Shown here: piece by piece, positions 1-9,362 of the stretch
How positions within the stretch are numbered: the first letter of the stretch is position 1
How the letters are laid out: each line of letters begins with the position of its first letter
From: Schizochytrium sp. TIO01
Taxonomy: Eukaryota > Protista > Bigyra: Labyrinthulomycetes
Direction of reading: 5' to 3'
DNA length: 64,000 nt
Assembly: GCA_004764695.1 (NCBI GenBank)
Contig: SMSO01000035.1
Location: 3,980,040-4,044,039, forward strand
Made by a program: the position numbers and the translations under genes
Notes under the pieces: model-generated
The model's database searches: none
Seen by the model: only the letters and a program-made list of their open reading frames with translations
What the model was told of the DNA's origin: nothing

Positions 1-636
1 AACTTTATGTTCTTCTTAAACTTTATGTGTTCTACTTACGGAGTACCCTCACTACTAGAAATCATGAATGCTCACATAGTTCTTACGTTGTTATTACGGA
101 ATAGATCAAATTTAGGAACCATGATCGAAGGTTATTCTCGTCCCAATGGACAGCTACAGTGTCATTCCAAATAATTATCGTCGATTTCTCCTTTTGATAA
201 TCAATTTTGTTCATTTACTGTGAATGTAGTCTAACCCAACTATCCAACTGGTCTATACATTTAATTGTATTTGAAACTAAAGCGCGCACTTCAGATCGTG
301 GGGTTGCCCCACCCGACGACTATCAATATTCAAATGTAGACAAATACCAAGATGAACATTATTGCAAGTTAGCGTGAGGCGATCACCAAGAGATAGCGTA
401 GGTAGAGAGATGAAGGAAAAGAATAGTTAGCATTAACATTCAGGAACTGTTGACAAGTTCTTCATTGTCTGTAGGGTTAGGGTTTTGGCTTGTGTACATC
501 CTACGTGGGTGTCCCCATATACACCAGAGTGCACACCTAGCTGTTATACTTCAATAGGCTCGTCTGCCATGCTGACAAAAAAAAGAGCAAAAAACTCGCG
601 CTTAGAACGACTAGGAATCAATATGGGAGACTCATT

Positions 637-695
637 GGTGTTCTAGAACAGTGTTCTCAAGGGTGTTCTGGAACGGTGTTCTGTTCTTAGTTCTT
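637..695. repeat. Subterminal TGTTCT repeats of the transposon (candidate transposase-binding sites)
   Basis: TGTTCT occurs 5 times, including the palindrome TGTTCTAGAACA. TGTTCTCT occurs twice at the other end (2558-2580), and the motif is conserved in the copy at ~6210-6241. Confidence 0.55.
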
Positions 696-712
696 ATATA
701 TTATATGAGAGT

Positions 713-1290
713 CTAGCTAACAGTAACGGCGACTTGACTTGAAAACTCAGTCGCTGAAATCTGAGGCGCTTGAGCTTGACTTTGACTTGACATTGCTTGG
801 TTGGGATTTTTGATCGCATCTAGGATTAACTTTAAATGAGTAGACCCCCTTGGGCCATATTTGCCTGCCCAAAAGACCTGTAAATATGAAATATTGTAAA
901 AGATTCCACGAATAATGTCCATCGTAAATGCCCTACGATAAAAACTTCATTCATATGTTCATCTTGAATTTCCTTGTGAGCAACTTCTTCAGCTACGTCT
1001 CTACGCCATAAAGTATAGATTAGAGTAGATACGTGATATCCGCAATCCACACCGTTTTTTTGGTTGCCTCGCCTAATCTCGATCTCCCAGTCTTCAGCTC
1101 CAAAAAGACGGATGGCATCGCCAAATACTTTCATCACGTGGCTCGGTTTGTGCAAGGTACTTAATGGGTCGTAAAAGACAACACGCGCTTGCCTTTGATT
1201 AAAATAAAGAAGCTGCCAATGACTTCCTGTACAAAACGGTAGCATAACATATTCAATGACATCTGGAATATAGATCGACCTCGCTGAGGA
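713..1290 (-). pseudogene. Ulp1-like (peptidase C48, SUMO protease) C-terminal domain of the transposon protein
   Basis: LPFCTGSHWQLLYF...VVFYDPL...QKNGVDCGYHV contains the H-D-Q-C catalytic set of C48 proteases. It is out of frame with the upstream Cys4 ORF. Adding one T in the minus-strand T5 run at ~940 joins ORF 832-1245 to ORF 713-922 (…NEVFYRRAFTMDIIRG…). Confidence 0.8.
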
Positions 1291-2093
1291 GCTGTCCTTT
1301 TGAAAATGGCCTCTTGGTGTGGCATTTGCAATCGCATTGCATACAGACGATATAAATAATGGTTCCGTACCTGAGCCTCATTGAAAGCTTCTGCAGCCCA
1401 TGCGGGACTTTTCAACCACAATTGGCTGAGACGTTGGCTAACCTCTGTTTCAATCCCGTGGCGTGGGGTCAAGGTCAGGCCAAATCGTATCCGTACGTCA
1501 GCAGGGCACAAACGAAGAACATCTTCACTTGTGTTACGAAACTCTTTATTGCACTTTTTACATTTATACTTTCGAGCCACGAGAAACCAATTTCCAGTCG
1601 CACTAGCAATCTCTCGGTAATTTGGTGCCCAGAAGCCATCGTCACCAGAGACACTGACAAGAGGTTCACCCAAATGCGCTTTTTGGTTGCAGTATGGACA
1701 TGGCATGCGATTGTTCTTCGACGCATACATTTTTGCTGGATGCCATAACCCAACGCTGCGCTGGTGAAAGTACTCTGGTGCAATTTGTTGACCTCTTTTT
1801 ACTTTCGGCAGTTTGGGTTTCTGGAGCCAAGTGATTGTCCCATCAGGAACAATGTCGTGCAGGGACTGGCATGTTTTGATATCCATTTTATCAAGTGTGT
1901 CTTTGCAGCTGTCGATAAATTTTTGTTGGATTAAGGTGATCGTAGTCTCGCGCTTCTCCTCATCTACATTAGCGCTTTCATTTAAGCCTTCCAGATCCTT
2001 TCTGATATCCTCATGACTTAAGGATTCCTGATCATTGTCCCCGAGAGTGGCTGTCGCCTGGCGAAGCTTGCAACGTGATGAAAATTGCATCAT
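1161..2093 (-). pseudogene. N-terminal fragment of transposon protein with CxxC...CxxC zinc-binding domain (DUF6729-like by recall), truncated by internal deletion near ~1290
   Basis: Motif string LWHP...CPYC...G...YREI...WFLVARKYKCKKCNKEF...VLRLCPADVRIRFGLTLTPRHGI resembles the Cys-rich domain that precedes DDE cores in eukaryotic DNA transposases. It lies inside the TIRs and no DDE core follows. Confidence 0.65.
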
Positions 2094-2702
2094 TTTCGTG
2101 TTTGATGTTTACCTCGTTGTTGAGTTTCGCTACCTCAAAGTATCATTTAATATGCCCTGATCATCCAGTGAATATTTCCGAGTCTCTTTGCACATGTATT
2201 CGAGCCCAAGGAATACTAGCTTAACCACCATCAAAGTCCAGTATTAAATTGCATCAGTGAAATGTCGGCATAGTATTGATTGAGGTAGATGTGCCAGTTT
2301 ACCAGAAATATGTAACATCCTTGTGAGGAGACCCAGTGGTGATACACTTAGTTATTTTCAGTGGAATTAGAGGAAGACTATCACTGAGTGTTCTTGCTAA
2401 AACCAGTAACAAAATTCATAAAGAGTTTTAAATTAAAAGCTAAATGTCATGCCGCGTCCCACAGTCAAAGCCATTTATATTATAAAATGCATATAAAAAA
2501 ACTCGCCAACACAATGATTTTGTGAGGAAAAGTAGAATTTCCCCCCATATTTTCGCCTGTTCTCTCCTATGTTCTCTCCCCCCCCCCGCGAGTTTTTTTT
2601 TGAGCTCACGTCAGCATGGCAGATGAGCCCTTCAATAAACATATTTAATGATTGACGATATTAAGAGGTTCTATCAAATGAAAACATATGCCTAAGTTTC
2701 CA

Positions 2703-4436
2703 TTACGGAGAAGTCTTTGAGGCGTTGTCCAAGGCTTCCCGATACTTTTTATTTTCTTTCTCAATTTCAAGCGATAACTTTTCTTCTGTCAATTTCGTTC
2801 CGCTCTTGCGAGACCCTGTCTTTCGAGAAGCATGATTGCTTGCTTGAGCAAAAATACGGAGGGGTTCAAGTTCAATTTCTTTGAGAACATGCTTATCCGC
2901 GTTCATGAACTTAATGCTTTGCCTAAGGAAATGATCCTTTTCTCCTTGATCAAGCAGACACATCGTGTTACCCTGAGCTCCCTTTGGTGTGTTCGTACGA
3001 TTGTTTAGTGGGATTAGAGCAAACATTTTGTTGCCAATAATTTGAAATTCCATGTCTTTTACTTCAGAGTGTACCTTAGCCTCATTTTTTCGTGGAATCC
3101 GAGTGAGCACAATATGCTTCTCGAAACTACGGCTTGGGTCGATTTTAGATTCCCACGTCGATCCCTCCAAAATTCGAACTTCTACAATTTGATTAAAGTC
3201 TTTTGTGCAAGTTCTTTCATTCTTCTTTTTGGCTGTCATCTTAATGCAATTTTCATCTTCGTAGAGCGTACGTAATTTAAATAAAAACTGAACGACCTTA
3301 GTGTCAGGGGGGACGCCATCCACCGCAAATATTGTCCGGTATCGATATTCCTTTGTGCCCGTTTTTTGCCTACGAAGACAAGAAGCCACTGGCACTTTCG
3401 ATATCATAATAATTTTTGGATTGATGCTTTCGTCCCCTTGTATGTAGGTTGATGAGCTGCTGGTGCTGGTGCTGGTGCTGGTGCTTGTGCCCATTCCATT
3501 GAAAGCTGGGAGAGAACTTGAGGGCGAGAACGAACTTTCAGAATGATCATTCGTCTCCTCTTCTCCGCACTCCTTAGTGGTTCGCAGCTCACTCATAGTG
3601 ACTGCCTTCGCAGGGTAACACATAGCTCTGGGTTGTGCAGTAGTATTGTGGTGGGTACATTTGTTTTCGATTGTGAAGCCTTCCAATGTGTCAACCTTCA
3701 GAGGGAGCTGATCACACCGCCCCATAGGGTCAGGCTCAACGTCAAGACTATCGCCATCGTTCTCGGGGTCAATAGCCTCGGTCGGAGATTCTTTGCATGA
3801 ATCTTCAATATTGTCTTGTTGTTCAGAGCGACCGTTCCTCAGCTCTTCTCGAGTTCTGGTCTCCAACACCCCATCGCTCGAGCCAGGCTCATTGTTTTGT
3901 TTAGGATGCCTATCCGTAGGAAGTGCTCTCTCACGACTAGACACGTCGCTCGGTTGCATGCTCTCTTGGTGTAGGCCATGCACATCGAGTTTGGGATCAT
4001 GTATACGTCCTTCGACGTGTACATCCCATTTAAAATCTAAACGGCCCCATTCTGGACATCTGCGCTTCATTTTCTGCCACTCGTCCTCGTCGCCCATATC
4101 TTCACGGGATCGGCGCGAGCCATCCGATTGCTCGTGCAATGAAATACCGGGAACTGAATTGCTACTTTCAAGATAAGTACAGTCGTCCTCAGCACTCATG
4201 CTACGAGTAACAGAGAAACTTGGTTTCCAAAGAGAGACATCAGCGTCAGGGAAACGTAAAGCTGGGTGAAGGCCTTGGGCGTGTGGGACTTGCTTGTCTA
4301 GTAGTAACTGGGATGAGTGATCGATCGCCTGTGGCTGGCAAAAGAGAACGCAGGGAAGGAAAGGCGCGAGAGGAGCCCCTAGTTTTGGATTTGCTTCTTT
4401 GGAAAGGGAACTGGTCGCCAGCTCACCGCTTGGCAA
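2703..4436 (-). CDS. Hypothetical protein: acidic/Ser-rich disordered N-terminal half, basic globular-looking C-terminal domain; first in-frame ATG at 4199
   Basis: 577-codon open frame with protein-like composition and an STSTSTSSSS linker; no family recognised. Confidence 0.6.
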   Translation of the reverse strand: MPSGELATSSLSKEANPKLGAPLAPFLPCVLFCQPQAIDHSSQLLLDKQVPHAQGLHPALRFPDADVSLWKPSFSVTRSMSAEDDCTYLESSNSVPGISLHEQSDGSRRSREDMGDEDEWQKMKRRCPEWGRLDFKWDVHVEGRIHDPKLDVHGLHQESMQPSDVSSRERALPTDRHPKQNNEPGSSDGVLETRTREELRNGRSEQQDNIEDSCKESPTEAIDPENDGDSLDVEPDPMGRCDQLPLKVDTLEGFTIENKCTHHNTTAQPRAMCYPAKAVTMSELRTTKECGEEETNDHSESSFSPSSSLPAFNGMGTSTSTSTSTSSSSTYIQGDESINPKIIMISKVPVASCLRRQKTGTKEYRYRTIFAVDGVPPDTKVVQFLFKLRTLYEDENCIKMTAKKKNERTCTKDFNQIVEVRILEGSTWESKIDPSRSFEKHIVLTRIPRKNEAKVHSEVKDMEFQIIGNKMFALIPLNNRTNTPKGAQGNTMCLLDQGEKDHFLRQSIKFMNADKHVLKEIELEPLRIFAQASNHASRKTGSRKSGTKLTEEKLSLEIEKENKKYREALDNASKTSP

Positions 4437-5199
4437 AGCTTTCCACCTTATCTTGGGTTCTTCGCGATATTAGCAAAATCATTGCAAATGTTTGAATTAT
4501 CCGTTCTCTTATGAGACAACAATTAGGATCAATATGAAGAACTTACTCTTATGGGACTTAGGGTATATAACAGGACTAACAGTACTTAGGTTTTCGGATC
4601 TAAGGCAGAAGTGTGTAGTTTATTCTTTTGATTTTAAAAAAGATATATTAAATTTCAATTTGACAGGAAATGTTCAACTTGTTGCTGCGACTTAAGAGAC
4701 CATGAAGCTAAACAATCAAACAACTCAACAACATCAGTGCTCTTCTAGTTGTTTCTATGTAAATCCCCTCTATGATAAGGAGTGCATATGTTATTATTTA
4801 TTATTAAGTATTGTTAAAAGTCATATGTTATTATTTATTATAAATTATTGTTCAAAGTCTTATTGCAAAGCTACTACCGAAATTAAGTCAAAACTTTCAA
4901 AGAGTTAAAAAGATAGGAGTCTTCTTGAGCACCAGTTAGCATGATTGTGGTGCCATACTCAAAGTCGAAACTTGACCTAGATCCATAATCAAGATATTCG
5001 TACAATTTATTTACAAGACATCAGACACCCAGCATCTTCTCTCCATTCTCTAATTTGACAATGCTACTCATTTCAATTTTTACAATTTCAACATTGCTTT
5101 GTTCTAAAACGCTGAAAAGAACGACTCGGGGCAACTAATGAAGGTGGTGAGTGACATTACGGAACTAGGTGGCTGCTAATGGTTTTTCTTCCTTAAAAT

Positions 5200-5505
5200 A
5201 TGAGCTTTACTCATGGTGGGCAGAGTACATAGGAGAGAACAAGTGGAAATATGGGGGTAAACTCTTCTTCTCCTCACAAACATATTGTGTTGGCGAGTTT
5301 TCTAATATGCATTTTATAAGGCGAATTGTTTTAACTGTGGGAAGTGATATGATATTCAGCTTTAAACCTAAAAGTCTTTATGAATTTTGTTACTGGTTTT
5401 AACAAGAACACTCAGTGATGATCTTTCTCTAACTCCACTGAAAATAGTTAAGTGTATCTCCACTGGGTCTCCTCACAAGGTATATACAATACAGCTTTAG
5501 TTTAA
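5200..5505 (+). mobile_element. Decayed, inverted copy of the transposon end region
   Basis: Reverse complement aligns by eye with 2318-2600 and 7225-7500 (e.g. CTCCTCACAAGG, TGTGTTGGCGAGTTTT, TATGAATTTTGTTACTGGTT, CATAGGAGAGAAC). The terminal TIR is eroded and the interior is cut by the microsatellite. Confidence 0.85.
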
Positions 5506-5510
5506 TAGAA

Positions 5511-6135
5511 GTAATAGTAGTAGTAATAGTAGTAGTAATAATAGTAGTAATAGTATTAGTAGTAGTAATAATAGTAGTAATAGTAGTAGTAGTAGTAATA
5601 ATAGTAGTAATAGTAGTAGTAGTAGTAATGGTAGTAGTAATAGTAGTAGTAATAGTAGTAGTAATAATAGTAGTAATAGTAGTAGTAGTAGTAATAATAG
5701 TAGTAATAGTAGTAGTAATAGTAGTAGTAGTAGTAATAATAGTAGTAATAGTAGTAGTAGTAGTAATGGTAGTAGTAATAGTAGTAGTAATAGTAGTAGT
5801 AATAATAGTAGTAATAGTAGTAGTAGTATTAATAATAGTAGTAATAGTAGTAGTAGTAGTAATGGTAGTAGTAATAGTAGTAGTAATAGTAGTAGTAATA
5901 ATAGTAGTAATAGTAGTAATAATAGTAGTAATAGTAGTAGTAGTAGTAATGGTAGTAGTAGTAGTAGTAGTAATAGTAGTAGTAATAGTAGTAGTAATAA
6001 TAGTAGTAATAGTAGTACTAGTATTAATAATAGTAGTAATAGTAGTAGTAGTAGTAATGGTAGTAGTAATGGTAGTAGTAATAGTAGTAGTAATAATAGT
6101 AGTAATGGTAGTAGTAATAGTAGTAGTAGTAGTAG
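5511..6135. repeat. Compound trinucleotide microsatellite (TAG/TAA)n, ~625 bp, with internal segmental duplications
   Basis: Directly visible. Rare variant units (AATGG at ~5628, 5766, 5862, 5949, 6057, 6069, 6105; GTATTAATAAT at ~5826 and ~6022) mark higher-order duplications. Confidence 0.97.
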
Positions 6136-6137
6136 CA

Positions 6138-7551
6138 GCTAACAAAAGCCTCTCTTCCGAAAGAGCAAAAAGCTCGAGCTTAGAACGATTTTGAGTTAGT
6201 ATGGAGTATATCTGGAACGTTTTAGAACAATGTTCTGTTCTAAACCAACCAAGAGTCAAACATGTAATTTCTGCAAGGAGTTCAACTTGATGTTCTAGCC
6301 TTTTCATCCCTGGATAGTTTAAGCAAACATGCAATGTTCCAACAAAACCATTAAGGTTTATCTCACTTTAGTTCACATAATCGAAAATTTGCTATGTAGA
6401 GTTCAAGAGTCCACAAGCAAAATAGTAGCACTCCTTAAATTGTAGATTTTAAAGACTTTCCACTTGATATTCAATCAGCAAATCCATGAGATAGAGATAC
6501 GCTAATACATAGAAGCTTCTCACTTTTCCTTCTGTAAATCTCACGCGCAGTTACCATATCGAATCCAAAAATTCACAAGAACGATGCAGAGGAGCCTCAG
6601 TTCATGACACTTTATTGTTTTCTTAGTATGATCTTTCATCTTCCGAACTCTTTGTGCGAGAATCTATACTAGTGATACTCCGGCTACTTGGATGACAGAT
6701 AAAGGTCAAAATGAGACCGAGACTACATTGTATTCATATCAACTGAAGTTCAGAAGCTGCTGTGAAACACCTGGCCATTTATAGAGCAATCAGTATCTTT
6801 AAGGGTGTTCCATTGTCAAAATACTTTAAAAGTAGTAAAGCAAATAAAACAAGAACCTCAAATAATCTGTCTGGGTGGTTTGAGCGGCTGTTTTGCACTA
6901 GATGTTATCGAGTAACTCTAAACTTGAGACCATTTCTCCTACTTCATTGCCAAAAGTTTTGAGAATATGCTCAAGATTGCTTGCTTTCCTGGATTGATTA
7001 TTCATTTATGAAGTAATTAAGTCTTTAAATCAATATCAAAACCAGGAAATACTTCTCTATCTAAAATTCATTCCATTCACTTGTCTAATATCGCGTCATT
7101 TTGATTGCCCAAGCGCAGAAACCAGGGTCGCTTTGCCACGGTTTGCAATTTGTTGAAAATAGTCTGGCATTAGTTTCTGTGTGATTTAAATTTACAAATA
7201 CAACCGTCGTTATTGTGCAACTATAAAGCTCTATTGTATATATCTTGTGAGGAGACGCAGTGGCAGTAGACTTAAGTATTTTCAGTGATGATAGAGGAGA
7301 GCCCTCACTGTGTGTTCTTTTTTTAACCAGTAACAAAATCCATAAAGACGTTTAGATTTAAAGCTAAATGTCATGTCCTGCCCCACAGCTAAAACTATTT
7401 GTCTTATTAAATGCATATCAGAAAACTCGCCAACACAATATTTTTGTAAGGAGAAGAAGAATTTACCCCCATATTTTCACATGTTCTCTCCTATGTTCTC
7501 TCCACCCCCCGCGAGTTTTTTTTTGGAGCCCACGAGCATAGCAGATGTGTT
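6138..7551 (-). mobile_element. Decayed second copy of the same transposon family (~1.4 kb), same orientation as 557-2629
   Basis: Left-end-like AAGAGCAAAAAGCTCGAGCTTAGAACG…TGTTCTGTTCT (6161-6241) matches 583-690. Right-end region 7243-7551 matches 2318-2629, including CCCCCCGCGAGTTTTT…AGCATAGCAGATG. The remnant FSTNCKPWQ (~7140) parallels FSSRCKLRQ at the start of ORF 1161-2093. Confidence 0.82.
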
Positions 7552-9362
7552 TCGTAAAAGCTGATACATGAGTTTGGCACATTTATGATCATGAAGTTCA
7601 AACAGCTTTAGTCGACTGAACACGATATCTATATAGGTACCTCGCTATCATTGCCGAATACCTGGCCCCATGCAAAGCTCAGACTCAGAGCGGTTCCGCG
7701 ATACCTTCGAAGTTTGTCAGCCGGCACAACTTGAAGATAGGTGCCTAAATCTCGAGAAGGCCAAAACTTTGCATAGTGGACATGCTGCGCAAGGATCACA
7801 ACTGTAGATTATGGCAGTGCAAATGCAAAAGCTTGGCTTGGCAGACTCCAAGGCCTTGTGGACGTGCCAAAGATCACCGGAAAGATTGTTTGTGAAATGA
7901 TGCCGAAGAAGACGTCGGTTGAGACGTATGAACACAAGCGAGACCCACAAAGGAGTGAGGATTTAACCACGGGAATCTATCTGCACCGGCAAGCAGAAAA
8001 GGCTACAGTCAGTCGGACCAGATTAGATATCATTCTGGGAAATGCCTGCACACCTTCAAGTTGTTGTACAAACATAGTTGTGAGTATACAGATCAACAAA
8101 CATAGGTATGTTTGCAGATAATCTTGCCTTGGACTTGGTAGAACACCTGGTTGGAGCTATTTCCGTTGAGCATAGTGCGCCAAAAAGCAAAACGTGAGAC
8201 GGGGTAGTGTCTTCGTCTCCAGCATTAAGTTTCCTTCGTAGGTACCTTTGCAGGTAGGTACCCATCATCAAATCGTAGCAGCAACCAAAAGGCATCAACA
8301 GGATTATGTGCAGTCGTGCCACTTCATTGTAAGATGCTCACTCCTCTCTGCTCCAAGGTATCTTACGCTCGAACTGCTGAGCGGAGCCGAGAGAATTATC
8401 TTCGAGGCACCATAATCCACGGCGGCGTTGTCTCAGGAGAGGGAAGGAGGCCTTGTTGAACTAACGTCATCATAAATCAAGATTTACACTTTAGTCCCTC
8501 GAACGAATCGAGTTCTCGCTCTACTCCTCCGGCACGTCAAGAAAGATGTGATGGATTCCCGCCATCGCCGCCATCGCCGTCATCGTTGCCATCCTCGTCT
8601 TCGTTTCGAGATGGTTGATTTGCTATGTGATTTTAGCTGTTGCAATTGTTGTTACTTTGTATATGAAAGGCCAATGAATGACCTTGGTCGGAGCGGCACC
8701 CTCAAAGCAATCGCTGATTCATCATGCACACAACCAATCCAATGCCTCCAGAACACCAAAGCCTCTGTTCTGTATTCGATCCGTTCGTCTCGTTGCATTC
8801 TAGTGCGTTCCCGACGTCGCCAAGGCATTCCTGACGCCCCTCGAAGATTCCCAATCTTCTAGATTGGCATTGGTACTGCTCTGGGAACACAATGCTGACC
8901 TCACCTTCCTGACCAGGTTTGTGTAGCCTCCAGATAGATAAAACTGTAGCACACAGGGTGCGCGCCGAGATAGATGACACGTAAGCAAACGGCTTAGAAA
9001 GCTTGAGATGGGAATAGATAATAGCTCCTGTGGCAGATGATGATCGATGAGCCCTCTGGCTGTTTGGAGTGCTCTGATGAAATGAAAGCTTCAATGTCCA
9101 CTGTATAAAGGCTTTGGCGGAGCTCGGAAAGAAAGCGCCCTGAATATTGCTAATCTACAACAACAAAAAATTGGTGACATATCCTAACTTGAAGGAAACT
9201 ACAAAAACTACTAAAGAGAAAAAGAGAAAAGAAGTAATCATTTCGGATGATCTATTCGACCCAATTGATTGTACGAAAGCAAATCTCAACCTCGCGCGTC
9301 TAGCTGAGACTTGTAGGCTTGGCTGCGCTGGACTGCGGCTTAGACCGCGTGGATCAAGCACC

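Larger units (their letters stand above)
557..2629 (-). mobile_element. Non-autonomous (internally deleted) TIR DNA transposon, 2073 bp, 8-bp TSD, carrying Cys4 domain and Ulp1 protease remnants; superfamily uncertain (MULE-like or Zisupton/KDZ-like)
   Basis: Left end GGCTCGTCTGCCATGCTGAC (557-576) vs reverse complement of right end 2610-2629 GGCTCATCTGCCATGCTGAC (19/20). Further inverted similarity AAAAAACTCGCG / CGCGAGTTTTTT. Identical direct repeat CTTCAATA at 549-556 and 2630-2637. Related ends recur at 5.2-5.5 kb and 6.1-7.55 kb. Confidence 0.92.

Noticed and set aside
298-325. Hairpin GTGGGG-TTG-CCCCAC as a Helitron 3' end
   Set aside because: It is followed by CTAT rather than CTRR-T, and no Rep/helicase or 5' end is visible.
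472-484. TAGGGTTAGGGTT telomere-like motif
   Set aside because: Only two units; expected by chance.
5429-6334. 301-aa Thr/Ile-rich ORF and the opposite-strand 188-aa Val/Ile ORF (mucin-like appearance)
   Set aside because: Both are translations of the trinucleotide array, and their unique flanks are transposon end sequence. Open frames are automatic for such a repeat.
8720-8790. Minus-strand GFGVLEALDWLCA* resembling an ARF/ARL C-terminus
   Set aside because: No GTPase G1-G4 motifs found upstream and the frame has stops; at most an unrecognisably decayed fragment.
7600-9100. Several short ORFs suggesting decayed coding sequence
   Set aside because: No coherent frame or recognisable domain could be reconstructed.
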